Source of the DNA: an uncultured archaeon
GTDB lineage: Archaea > Altiarchaeota > Altiarchaeia > IMC4 > SCGC-AAA252-I15
Assembly: GCA_964423225.1 (NCBI GenBank)
Contig: CAYREE010000002.1
Span: forward strand, 10,278-74,277
Direction: 5' to 3'
DNA length: 64,000 nucleotides
Below, in pieces: positions 1 to 9,702 of the stretch. The notes below the pieces were generated by a model that worked only from the letters and a program-made list of their open reading frames with translations, made no database searches and was not told the DNA's origin. Numbering within the stretch: the stretch's first letter is position 1; every line of letters starts with the position of its first letter. The position numbers were made by a program, and so were the translations under genes.

Positions 1-512
1 GTCTGTTCCCAATGAGGTCCGTTTATCGTGTGTAGTGCGAGCTGCTTATATGTTTCAGGATATACCATGCCCTTGTCTATACATCCTTCTAAGATCCCGA
101 AAAGGTATTGGGGAGAGATTGCAGGTCCGACACGTTGTAGTATAGGCTGATCATTTAGCTCGAATGCAGCACCTACGGATACCTCTGCGGGTAGCATTTC
201 ACCCCTCTTTATGGCCGTTTCAAGTAGTTGGGCCCCGAAGTTACGTTGTAGGCCAGTAGGATCAAAATACATGCCATATTCCTTCTTCTTGGGTATGCCA
301 TACAAATCAATGGCTTGAGCAACCTCGCTTAGGGTTTCATGCGGTGCATGTTTTCCTGACTGTTCGAGGGTTTGCATCCTCACCATATCTCTAACGATAT
401 TGGAGACACCATGATCAACTGATGGTAGTGATCCATCATAGTGCTGGACGTTTTCCCCAGCATTCAATCTTTTTAGCCTATGAGTGATTTCAGCATACTG
501 TGGGTCAGCCAT
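1..512 (-). CDS. hypothetical protein (partial, runs off the left edge; not in ORF track)
   Basis: ATG at 512 on the minus strand, open to position 1 (MADPQYAEITHRLKRLNAGENVQHYDG...); divergent from the ORF at 573; no family recognised. Confidence 0.7.
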   Translation of the reverse strand, partial: MADPQYAEITHRLKRLNAGENVQHYDGSLPSVDHGVSNIVRDMVRMQTLEQSGKHAPHETLSEVAQAIDLYGIPKKKEYGMYFDPTGLQRNFGAQLLETAIKRGEMLPAEVSVGAAFELNDQPILQRVGPAISPQYLFGILEGCIDKGMVYPETYKQLALHTINGPHWEQ

Positions 513-572
513 AATACTTTTATACGAAACCCGGGTTATTAAATCTTTTATCTATTATTCCTGCCTAAATCT

Positions 573-1655
573 ATGGTAATGGCTTTATTCAGGCGTACTC
601 GTGAGGCTCATTATGCTGATGTCCCCGAGCTTCGGGCCGCCTCAGGTATCATAGATCGTGATAAAAAGATTGCATTGGATTTGATAGCACTTATGCTGCC
701 TGATAAGATGTGGGGTAGGAGCGACAAGAAATTCTTTGAGCAGGAAGTTGTGCCAGAGTGGATAAAAAACGGTATTCTCATCAATAACCGTGAGGATAAT
801 GGCCGTGCACTAATCGACGTCAGCCATGTGTTGCGTGCTGTTATCGATGATGAACCGTCGCAACACAGGATCCGTCATGTACGGCATGTTGGCGGGTTAT
901 TCGAGGATATCAGCAAGAAACTCAATCCCACTGTAGAGTCAAAACATGCATTAACGTCAATACAGGCGGAGACAATCAGGCTAGCATTTGACGGCTCGAG
1001 GATGAGGGTATCCGGTGATGAGAGGCCGATCACTACTTTCAGGCGTGTCTCATCGATGATTGATAGAGTTCATGACGGGCGTGGCGACATGATGAATGCA
1101 TTATGCCTGGCTCAGGCCACCAGTATTGAGGCTGCAGGCCGGGTTGCCGTGGATTTTCAACAGGATCCGGAGACTCTGAGGGAGATGACATATCATCTGG
1201 ATGACTTGGCCAATATTCTGACACATAGTAAGATGAAGCTAGCTGAACATCCACGTGAACTATCCGCAATAGCTAATACTCTAAAGACTTCCCGTGAGGA
1301 GGCTTTTGTTGGTGGTGAGAGAGCAAGCAGGCTCTTTTGGGGAGTCCTTGGCCATATGCATGGTCATGGATCACAGCTTATCAAACCAGATAACCTTGAT
1401 GATACAATGCAGATAATATTAAGGAATTCTGATGATTTAGTTAAGGCTGGGAGGTTAACCACACCTGAACGCGCATCATTATTCGCCCAGGCAGTCGCCA
1501 ATACGATACATCTACTAGATGTCTCAGATCACGGGCAACTCGAGACGGTTTGCAGTAGGATAACCTCAATTCATAAACAACATAAATTGAGTCTAGAACA
1601 TGTTGCGAAAACTCGGAGTAGGGATGATATTCTAAAAGTATTACAGATGAACTAG
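573..1655 (+). CDS. orphan hypothetical protein, 360 aa, probably helical
   Basis: long ORF with an AT-rich promoter-like upstream region; no recognised motif. Confidence 0.75.
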   Translation: MVMALFRRTREAHYADVPELRAASGIIDRDKKIALDLIALMLPDKMWGRSDKKFFEQEVVPEWIKNGILINNREDNGRALIDVSHVLRAVIDDEPSQHRIRHVRHVGGLFEDISKKLNPTVESKHALTSIQAETIRLAFDGSRMRVSGDERPITTFRRVSSMIDRVHDGRGDMMNALCLAQATSIEAAGRVAVDFQQDPETLREMTYHLDDLANILTHSKMKLAEHPRELSAIANTLKTSREEAFVGGERASRLFWGVLGHMHGHGSQLIKPDNLDDTMQIILRNSDDLVKAGRLTTPERASLFAQAVANTIHLLDVSDHGQLETVCSRITSIHKQHKLSLEHVAKTRSRDDILKVLQMN

Positions 1656-1660
1656 GTTGA

Positions 1661-4600
1661 TTAGAAACCTGCTATCTGCGCTTTTATCTTCCTCGCAGTC
1701 TTTGTTCCGACTACATCCGCGATTTCTTTCACAGAAGCTTCTTTCAGTTTAGCAGGAGTCTTAAATCCTGCTCTAAATAACTTGCGGGCCCGGACTCTTC
1801 CAACCTCCTTGTAAGCTACAAGTGGCAATAACTCTTTACGCACACCGTATTTAACCCGGGTTTCAAGCTTCTTCACTTCAATATGGCTTTTCTTCAAACC
1901 TGTGATCCGTGTGAGCTCACATGCCGCATAGCATAACCATTCAAGATTTTGGATCCGCATATTCAATTGTCCGGGAGTAACATTGTATTCCTCTAGTATC
2001 TCGTCCTCAGTCTTCTCATTTATCCATTCGTCAAACATCAAGGCGGTCTTGAATCTGTTCAGAAACTCATAGTCCAAGTCAAAACCACCGATATCCCTAA
2101 GAAGCTTTTCTTCTGATTCATATGCTTTCGCCCACAAAACAGACTCCTCCTTCTGTCGTACCGGTAACTGTATTATCTCAACAGCATCGGAAACCACTTC
2201 AAGAAGTCCGATCTCGTCGAACATCTTCTTCTCCTCTGCCTTACCAAACATCTTTAGGTAATTATATCCTGTTAATGGATCGATGTATAGTTCTGAGACT
2301 CGTATCCCCAGTTCTGTTGGAACAAGGAACCTATCCTCTCTTCTAACAAATTCCCATTTGACAAGCTCTTCAACAATCTCCTCTAACATAGATTCGAAAT
2401 CCTTTCTCACACCATATTGGAATCCGAAAAAAGTTGTGCGAAAAAACTCTGTGAGGGCGTCTAGCGTCCTTGTGAACGATGATGCAATAGATGCGAGGGC
2501 ATGGAATCTTAAAACTGGTTTCACACCAAGTCTAGAATGAATGTCTTCAGGCTCCCCCTGCAGATAATGTTCGTCAATATATTCCTGTTCATCCTGGCTT
2601 GAAGCAATAGTCACAGCATATCCAACCTCATCATACCTAGGCCTGCCTGCCCTGCCTACTTGTTGTTTGTATTCTAAGACTGGGATGTATACAAGCCCGG
2701 TCTGAGTGTATCTTCTAACATCCCTTATGACAACGGTTCTGGCCGGTAGGTTGACGCCCGCAGAATTATGGACGATTATGCCTTCAGCGATAAACAGATG
2801 GTCGTTTGATCCATCGTCAGGCAAGACAACATCATAAACATTTTTACAATTGTTTTTCACTACACTAACTTCCTTAATAATGTCCCAGAAAATATCTCCG
2901 TCAAAGGCCTTGCTTCTCCATGTCCCCCTGATTTTTTTATCAAATTTTGAGTTACAGAGGGGGCAATTATCCTCTTTTATGAAATATTGTGATACTTCAA
3001 TGTTTTTTTCCAATAGATTTTCATATATCCATTTCCCTAAATCATTTAGGCTCCAAATCCATTCATTTGCCCCAAATCTACGTTTCTTGATTAACGCATA
3101 ATGGTGGTTGATCCGTGATACTTTTCCTTTAGGCTCGTAGCCTAATATCCTCACCATTTCCCTAGATGCTAGTTCACCCCTCTCCCCTAACAATTCTATT
3201 ACTCTTTTTTTTCGTTTTCCCCATTCTTTTCCCAGTCTTGTTCTTCCTTTAAAGAGGTTTGGTCGAAGACAATATGAACACTTTTTGCAAGTAACTCTAT
3301 CTACTTCATAGCGGTTTATGACCTCCTCTAATCCCCTCTGTTTCCTTTTTACGTTAAATCCTATGTATTTGTAGAAATCCAAGATTCCTTTCCGATTTTG
3401 TATATAGAGCTCTTGGTAATCACTCGTATCATATCTCCTATCATTAATGATGATTTGACTGCCTTTCCTCTCTCGAATCCAGGATACTATCCCATATCTC
3501 AATAAGCTTTTCTGCAGGGTCTTAATCAAACTATTAGAGATATTTGAGAAGCTCAGTCGACCTCTTTTTTCTATGCACCCGTCGGTATCAAATAGGCCCC
3601 TTATCAAATGTGCTAGTTTATCCTCTGATGCACTCATCAGCCTCATATCAATCTGTTTTTTAAAACCAATATCCACGCCGCTTCTGACTAAAAACTCCCT
3701 GAACCATTTGGTTTTAGTTAATATGATCTGTTGAGTCCCATAGTGATTTTTTACTATTTTATAATGCAAGCAGAATTTCTTGCAGATACGTGAAATCTTA
3801 TTGATTATATCCTTGTCTTCACTGACTATCGATGGGCTCCCTTTGTAGATTATCTCTCCTTTTTGGGTTTCGGCACCTGAATACCCATCGCCAAGGAATA
3901 CTCCTATCAAATAGTATATTGACTCATCAATCTCCGTGTCGTTGAATGGCAGCTTGTTGTCCTTCATGAAGTCAGACCACCTATTTTGTCTCAGGTCTTC
4001 GATTTTTAACTGACCGATTGTCGCTATTTTGTCCCCTATCTTACATTCCGAGGCTTTCACCAAGATTCTCTCACTACCATTGTTTAACAGCATCTTATGG
4101 TTTTCAGTGACGAGAATCGGCCCATAATTAGAAGTAGTTATCCTAACCATTCTTTTTGGAGCAAGTAACTCGACAATATCCTTGGTTTTCACAATGATTA
4201 GCTTGTTTTCCTTAAGTCCAATGACTTGTTTACCCGGCTTTATTTTCTTTACAGCGATCTCACTCATACCACTCCATATTTTGGTGTCCTCACTCAAACA
4301 AAGCGTAGGCGTCGCTGAGATCATCTTTAACAAACCGTTCTTGAATGAGTCTTCTATCAATGTTCTCTGCTTGTTGACAAGGCCTGCATGATGGAATGCG
4401 GTTCCAGTCTTAACGCATGCTGCAAGACGACGGCACTGTTTTGTATTGCTTGATAATGCGTCTAGTATTCCCCCAGCGATTTTTTCAAGCTTTTCTTTTT
4501 CCACAGTGAGTTTTAGTTGTTGGCCGAGTTTTTCAGCTACTGCTTCTGCACTACGCCTGGAGTTCACAAAGACGAGTGCCTGCCCATCCTCAACGGCATT

Positions 4601-5266
4601 CTTCACAACATCTCCTAGTGACTCCTCCTCTTTCACTACCACGCTCTCATGTAGTTCTACCGGCCTCCAATCAGAATTTACTAGAGTGGCGTTGAGCCAT
4701 TCGGCTAGCTCGTCTGCATTTCCAATTGTTGCAGATAGTCCGATGACCTGGACGTCAGGATAAATGTTTCGGAATTTGGATGTCAATACCTCGTATACGG
4801 GTCCTCTGTCTGTTGCGATCAAATGTATTTCATCTAGTACTAGGACGCTTGTTCCAGTAAACCATTTTGGCCTGCTTCTGAGGATGGAATCGCATTTCTC
4901 GGCTGTTGCAACAATTATATCATAGGATGGTCGTCTCTTGTATTTACTGGAGTCAAGGTCTCCTACTTCTAATCTTACCTTATACCCGAACTGCTCGTAT
5001 TTCTTGAATTCATTGTATTTTTCGTAGGCGAGGGCTCGAAGCGGGACTATATAGACTGCCTTCTTGCCTTCTTCTAATGCCTTCATTATTGCAAGTTCTG
5101 ATGCGATCGTCTTTCCGCTTGCAGTTGGAGTGCAGATGATGATGTTTTTATGGGATAGTATGCCTGCTTTGGCGGCTAGTTCTTGTGGAGGATATAGGCT
5201 ATCCACTCCAATATCTGCGAGCATCTGTTTGAATTCCGTTTTTACCTCGAGTTCCTCTACAAGCAT
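1661..5266 (-). CDS. hel308: Ski2-like DEAD/DEAH helicase Hel308, intein-containing
   Basis: TPTASGKT, DEIH, SAT, FHHAGL, GRAGRP, C-terminal HhH (VGRVRARKLF); extein length 689 aa. Confidence 0.95.
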   Translation of the reverse strand: MLVEELEVKTEFKQMLADIGVDSLYPPQELAAKAGILSHKNIIICTPTASGKTIASELAIMKALEEGKKAVYIVPLRALAYEKYNEFKKYEQFGYKVRLEVGDLDSSKYKRRPSYDIIVATAEKCDSILRSRPKWFTGTSVLVLDEIHLIATDRGPVYEVLTSKFRNIYPDVQVIGLSATIGNADELAEWLNATLVNSDWRPVELHESVVVKEEESLGDVVKNAVEDGQALVFVNSRRSAEAVAEKLGQQLKLTVEKEKLEKIAGGILDALSSNTKQCRRLAACVKTGTAFHHAGLVNKQRTLIEDSFKNGLLKMISATPTLCLSEDTKIWSGMSEIAVKKIKPGKQVIGLKENKLIIVKTKDIVELLAPKRMVRITTSNYGPILVTENHKMLLNNGSERILVKASECKIGDKIATIGQLKIEDLRQNRWSDFMKDNKLPFNDTEIDESIYYLIGVFLGDGYSGAETQKGEIIYKGSPSIVSEDKDIINKISRICKKFCLHYKIVKNHYGTQQIILTKTKWFREFLVRSGVDIGFKKQIDMRLMSASEDKLAHLIRGLFDTDGCIEKRGRLSFSNISNSLIKTLQKSLLRYGIVSWIRERKGSQIIINDRRYDTSDYQELYIQNRKGILDFYKYIGFNVKRKQRGLEEVINRYEVDRVTCKKCSYCLRPNLFKGRTRLGKEWGKRKKRVIELLGERGELASREMVRILGYEPKGKVSRINHHYALIKKRRFGANEWIWSLNDLGKWIYENLLEKNIEVSQYFIKEDNCPLCNSKFDKKIRGTWRSKAFDGDIFWDIIKEVSVVKNNCKNVYDVVLPDDGSNDHLFIAEGIIVHNSAGVNLPARTVVIRDVRRYTQTGLVYIPVLEYKQQVGRAGRPRYDEVGYAVTIASSQDEQEYIDEHYLQGEPEDIHSRLGVKPVLRFHALASIASSFTRTLDALTEFFRTTFFGFQYGVRKDFESMLEEIVEELVKWEFVRREDRFLVPTELGIRVSELYIDPLTGYNYLKMFGKAEEKKMFDEIGLLEVVSDAVEIIQLPVRQKEESVLWAKAYESEEKLLRDIGGFDLDYEFLNRFKTALMFDEWINEKTEDEILEEYNVTPGQLNMRIQNLEWLCYAACELTRITGLKKSHIEVKKLETRVKYGVRKELLPLVAYKEVGRVRARKLFRAGFKTPAKLKEASVKEIADVVGTKTARKIKAQIAGF
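2765..4300 (-). mobile_element. intein with LAGLIDADG homing endonuclease (512 aa)
   Basis: starts CLSEDT after TPTL; ends IIVHN followed by Ser (SAGVNLP); LAGLIDADG blocks YLIGVFLGDG and LIRGLFDTDG. Confidence 0.95.
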
Positions 5267-5329
5267 TTTTTTTAGGATAAGTATTTGGGGTTTGAATGAA
5301 AAAGATGGGAGAGTGTATTGAAAAAGTAT

Positions 5330-6169
5330 TTAGTCTACTACTTCTGGTCTGGGTCGAAGCTTTAAAGCCATGTCATTGCATCGTTTTCCGTTTACCTCAT
5401 CACCTGCCGAATAGTATGCTAATCCAAGCCTGTTCCATCCGACATAATCATCCATATTCAATTCCACGAACCTTGTGAAATATCCTACAGCTTTCTGATA
5501 GTCGCCTCTACGATCGCTTATTATCCCCATGTGAAACCAGGTAGTAGAATGTTTCTTGTCATTTTCTAAGACACGTTGATAATATCCCAGTGCAGCATCT
5601 GGTTCCCCCCATTCCTGGTGGAATCTACCCATCGAGTGAAGTGCTTCAACATCATTTGGATTGGCTTTCAACCTTTGTTTGAGGCTGGCAATCTCTTTTA
5701 TTAATTTTGCTTCATCAACCTGGACACAGGTTCCATGGACGTGTGGTCTTTCACCTGTATCTCTCATATCCTCATCTTGTTGTATTACTTCAACACCTTT
5801 TGGAATATCCCTTAAGAAATCACCAACTCTAACAATATCTCCAAATCCGCGGAGTCTCAGCTGATTTCCTCTGATACTATCAAAAGCATTGATCAAGGGG
5901 ACTACCTCTTGCATACGTGCTATCGCATATTCTGGATTCTCAAGTTCCCAGGCTGAAACTTCTCGTCTACGATCTGGCCCTAGCTGGTCAAATGGCGTAT
6001 CGGGATATGGTCTTTTAAACTGTTGTGCGATCCTATTTTCCCTCTCTGCTATTTGTCTTCCTAATTCTTCTTTCTGCTTAGCTTGTGAAGGAACTAACTC
6101 CATCACGCTAATGTCTCCGATCCTAGGCGATACTGCATTAACATAAAAAAGAGGGGTTTTTCCACTCAT
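5330..6169 (-). CDS. TPR-repeat protein with an unrecognised N-terminal domain
   Basis: three TPR-like units (ALHSMGRFH..A..YY; TWFHMGII..A..YF; GWNRLGLAY). Confidence 0.8.
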   Translation of the reverse strand: MSGKTPLFYVNAVSPRIGDISVMELVPSQAKQKEELGRQIAERENRIAQQFKRPYPDTPFDQLGPDRRREVSAWELENPEYAIARMQEVVPLINAFDSIRGNQLRLRGFGDIVRVGDFLRDIPKGVEVIQQDEDMRDTGERPHVHGTCVQVDEAKLIKEIASLKQRLKANPNDVEALHSMGRFHQEWGEPDAALGYYQRVLENDKKHSTTWFHMGIISDRRGDYQKAVGYFTRFVELNMDDYVGWNRLGLAYYSAGDEVNGKRCNDMALKLRPRPEVVD

Positions 6170-6202
6170 AATATATGAAAATAGGCAGGAAAGATTGAAG
6201 AA

Positions 6203-7387
6203 TCAATGCTCATCAGGTGTTATATCATACTTTCTTAAAAGATACTTGAATGCTAGTGGGGTAAGAAGTGTTGTTATGAATGCCATTGACACGAGTATCG
6301 TCACTATCTGATTGTTTAATATACCAAGCTTGACTCCTACACTAACAAGGACCAATTCTACAGCACCCCGTCCATTCATCCCTGCAGACACTATCATGCT
6401 GTCTTCCTTCCTCATCTTCGCGACCATGCATCCGATATAGGATCCTATGAACTTTCCTCCAAGGGCGATGGCAAGTATTATCAGAAGGAAAAAGGCCTCA
6501 TGGTATATCTCTATTAATTTAACATGGAATGCGAGAGAGACAAAGAATACCGGGCCAAGGAATCCATAGCCAATTGTCATCAGTCTGTCGTTTAAGGTCT
6601 TAAGCACTTTGGGATCTTTCATCTCTTCTCTTACAAATAATCCTGCTAGGAAGGCGCCTATTATCATATGCAATCCCATAACCTCGGCGATAACAGAGAA
6701 GATCAATGCTGTAAGCAGGCTGAATGTGAATCCATGACCCTCCTTTTCCACGTAAAACCTGTTGACCATAGGCAAGATCAGCTTGCCAATACCATATGTT
6801 ATCAGGAAGAATAAAATCACTGACAGCATGGAAGATCCTATCGTTACATATGAGAAGTGTCCGCTGTTTATCGTGTTGACAAATGCAGAGAAGAATCCAA
6901 GGGCGAGTATGTCGTCAACAAGGGCTGCTCCAATCAATACGTGACCTATCTTGTTGTTGTGCATGTTCAAATCCATGAGTATCCTAGCATTTACAGCGAT
7001 GGCTGTTATTGCAAGTCCAGTCGCTATGAATAATGCTTGATAGAGTGTTGCATCGGGCATTAGTATCAGGGTTCCATAGTATCCCAGTGCAAATGGTATT
7101 ATGAAGCCGAAGATGCCGCATAGTATTGACGGTTTGATTGATTTGAAAAAGAGTTTCGGGTCAGTCTCAACTCCAGCATAGAACATGAGGAAGAAGACGC
7201 CAAGCTCTGCTAGAAATTCGATGTATTCGCTTGGATGGATAATATCTAATAGTGTCGGACCTAATATCAGTCCTGCTATCAGCTCGCCAAGCATTGGCGG
7301 CAGGTCGAACCTTTTTCTAAATAACCTTCCTAGATACCATCCTCCCAAAAGGATGAGTAGCAGTTGTGATATCGGTGATTCAAGCAT
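6203..7387 (-). CDS. cation:proton antiporter, CPA2/NapA family
   Basis: polytopic membrane protein; GELIAGLILGP, AALVDDI, GMNGRG motifs. Confidence 0.9.
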   Translation of the reverse strand: MLESPISQLLLILLGGWYLGRLFRKRFDLPPMLGELIAGLILGPTLLDIIHPSEYIEFLAELGVFFLMFYAGVETDPKLFFKSIKPSILCGIFGFIIPFALGYYGTLILMPDATLYQALFIATGLAITAIAVNARILMDLNMHNNKIGHVLIGAALVDDILALGFFSAFVNTINSGHFSYVTIGSSMLSVILFFLITYGIGKLILPMVNRFYVEKEGHGFTFSLLTALIFSVIAEVMGLHMIIGAFLAGLFVREEMKDPKVLKTLNDRLMTIGYGFLGPVFFVSLAFHVKLIEIYHEAFFLLIILAIALGGKFIGSYIGCMVAKMRKEDSMIVSAGMNGRGAVELVLVSVGVKLGILNNQIVTILVSMAFITTLLTPLAFKYLLRKYDITPDEH

Positions 7388-7435
7388 GAAACAACCATTA
7401 CGAATACAATGATTAAAAAGGCTACTGTTTTTATC

Positions 7436-8602
7436 CTATTTGTACAGCCAATTCCTCAATACAATGGGGGTGATAATGGTTGTTAAAAGACTCATGAATA
7501 TTATAGCTACATACAAATCTTGTTCTATTATTTTTTCAGTTAGTCCAATTAATCCGACTATCATTGCGACTTCTCCGCGGGGAGACATTCCGAATCCAAT
7601 GATCAGACTGTCTCTCTTGTTTATCCCCACCAATAGCGATACTAGATAGCATCCTACAACCTTGGTGATTACCGCCACCACAGTAAGGACAAGTGTAAAC
7701 TCTATGATCTCCATTGTAATATAATGTGTGTCAACAAGTATTCCAAGTGATACGAAGAATATGGCTGCAAATATGATGTGAAGGTATTCTGCTCCTTCCT
7801 GGAAGTCTTTGCTGTGCCTTAGTTTGATGCCTTCTAATGAGACGCCTGCAAGGAATGCCCCGACTATCGCGGAAAGACCGATCCATTCAGCAACCATTGC
7901 ATAAAGGAATGCGACAGTCATCGCGATGATGAATACGAATTCAGGATACTGTTTTGCAAACACGGTCTTATCAATCTTCTTGATATGTCGTCTAATAAAA
8001 GTGTGTCCGATATACCCTCCTAATCCCATGAACAAGATAGCTTTTCCAAGGATAAAGAAGTCTGATAACAGTGATACTTCACCATGGACTGCTTGGATGC
8101 TTATAGACAAGGCAACAAGACCGAGTATATCGTCTATTACTGCAGCACCTATTATTGCTTCTGCTGCCTCAGTCTTAAGTTTACCCATCTCCTTCAATAC
8201 GTTAGCGGTGATTGCTATGCTTGTTGCAGTCATCGCAGTACCAACGAATACAGCACCCTTGAAGTCAAAGCCGAATAGTTCCGCTACGTAATATCCTCCG
8301 ATCCAGGGGAATACAACGCCTGCAATGGCGATGACAATGTATTTTGGCTTATAGATTCCTGATAACTTGAATTCTAAGCCGATTACGAATAATAGGATTA
8401 CTGCTCCTAGATGTGCAAGACTCGAGACAAAGTCTGTGTATGTGATCCAACCTAAAATACTTGGTCCAAGCAGTAGACCTACTAGAATCTCTCCGATAAC
8501 GACTGATTGATTGATTCTGGATGCAATAAGATATCCGAGAAGCGAGAAGAACAATAGGAGACTCATCTGGAACTCAATCCCCGACTCGATCCCAGGAACC
8601 AT
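7436..8602 (-). CDS. cation:proton antiporter, CPA2/NapA family (second tandem copy)
   Basis: GEILVGLLLGP, AAVIDDI, GMSPRGEV; start taken at MVPGIES (track start 8644 is an alternative). Confidence 0.9.
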   Translation of the reverse strand: MVPGIESGIEFQMSLLLFFSLLGYLIASRINQSVVIGEILVGLLLGPSILGWITYTDFVSSLAHLGAVILLFVIGLEFKLSGIYKPKYIVIAIAGVVFPWIGGYYVAELFGFDFKGAVFVGTAMTATSIAITANVLKEMGKLKTEAAEAIIGAAVIDDILGLVALSISIQAVHGEVSLLSDFFILGKAILFMGLGGYIGHTFIRRHIKKIDKTVFAKQYPEFVFIIAMTVAFLYAMVAEWIGLSAIVGAFLAGVSLEGIKLRHSKDFQEGAEYLHIIFAAIFFVSLGILVDTHYITMEIIEFTLVLTVVAVITKVVGCYLVSLLVGINKRDSLIIGFGMSPRGEVAMIVGLIGLTEKIIEQDLYVAIIFMSLLTTIITPIVLRNWLYK

Positions 8603-8711
8603 TAATATCCCAATTCTTTTTTTATATTTGTAGGGGACATACAAGGGAATGGTTCTTTATATATAAAACACTCTTCATATGAACTATGTGTCATACATTG
8701 TTTGATTTACA

Positions 8712-9197
8712 ATGAAACATGTAATCTATGTATTATTGATCCTATTTGTCTTAGGTTGTTTGCAGACATCGCGAGACAATGGCGATATCACTACGACTAA
8801 TCTGTCATCCAATATGATTTCAACTTCTTCAACAACAATCCAGACAACGACATCGACCACTATCTTTTCAACGACATCACTAATCACTGATTTTGATTAT
8901 AGCTCTTCCGTATTATATGCTGATAATTGCACTGGTTTAAAAGAATTGGCTGACAGACTGATCAATTCAGCGAATAAGTGTGTCCACGACTCTGATTGTA
9001 AATTATGTGAGAGCAAGTTTGGATGTCCCTTCGGATGCCATCATATCATCAATAAGGATTCCAATATCACTCCTATGGAAACGATTGTTGATATATACTC
9101 AAATAATTGCGATAAATGCGAGTATGATTGTCCTGAGGTTCCTCAAAGAGATTCGCTAAAATGCATTAGCGGAAAATGCACTTACATAAAACTATAG
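8712..9197 (+). CDS. putative lipoprotein with Thr/Ser linker and Cys-rich C-terminal domain
   Basis: signal peptide ending VLGC; TTTSTT linker; 11 Cys in the C-terminal ~90 aa. Confidence 0.75.
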   Translation: MKHVIYVLLILFVLGCLQTSRDNGDITTTNLSSNMISTSSTTIQTTTSTTIFSTTSLITDFDYSSSVLYADNCTGLKELADRLINSANKCVHDSDCKLCESKFGCPFGCHHIINKDSNITPMETIVDIYSNNCDKCEYDCPEVPQRDSLKCISGKCTYIKL

Positions 9198-9204
9198 GCT
9201 TTCA

Positions 9205-9702
9205 TCAAATAATGAATTTTTCAATATCCTCCCTGCTCGAAGTCGTTTTTACACTTGGTATCCCGAATGCTATCACTGCCATAAGCTCATAAGAATCTGG
9301 CACCTCAAGTGTTTTCTCCACTTCTTTCCTCTGATTGATTATCTCTCCAAGCCAAACACCTCCTAAACCAAGAGAATGTATTGTAAGCAGCATGTTCTGG
9401 ATACAGGCGCCGATAGCCTGCACGTCTTTAGTATGATTATATCCTGATTCCCCATCCAGGAATACTGCAATACACGCTGGAGCATCCTGGATTATCCCAC
9501 CATATCTCGTGAATCCAGCAATACCATCCTTTTCATCGCCCTTTAAGACCTTGAATTTCCAGGGCTGATTGTTCAGGCCTGATGGAGCCCATATTCCAGC
9601 CTCAATGATCTTTTTGATTGTGCTGTCATCAACATCATCCTCAGTGTATTTTCGAATACTTCTTCTTGTTTTAACGGCTTCTATAACATCCATTTCATCC
9701 AC
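9205..9702 (-). CDS. nitroreductase family protein
   Basis: RRSIRKY, APSGLNNQPW, QNMLL..HSLGLG; likely ATG at 9693 after a GGTGG SD. Confidence 0.92.
   Translation of the reverse strand: MDEMDVIEAVKTRRSIRKYTEDDVDDSTIKKIIEAGIWAPSGLNNQPWKFKVLKGDEKDGIAGFTRYGGIIQDAPACIAVFLDGESGYNHTKDVQAIGACIQNMLLTIHSLGLGGVWLGEIINQRKEVEKTLEVPDSYELMAVIAFGIPSVKTTSSREDIEKFII

Noticed and set aside
6145-6158. AAAAAAGAGGGGTT identical to the pilin terminator motif
   Set aside because: Lies within the first codons of the TPR gene and is low complexity; probably chance.
6203-8644. tandem CPA2 antiporters
   Set aside because: Divergent paralogs of a common family; nothing unusual beyond adjacency.
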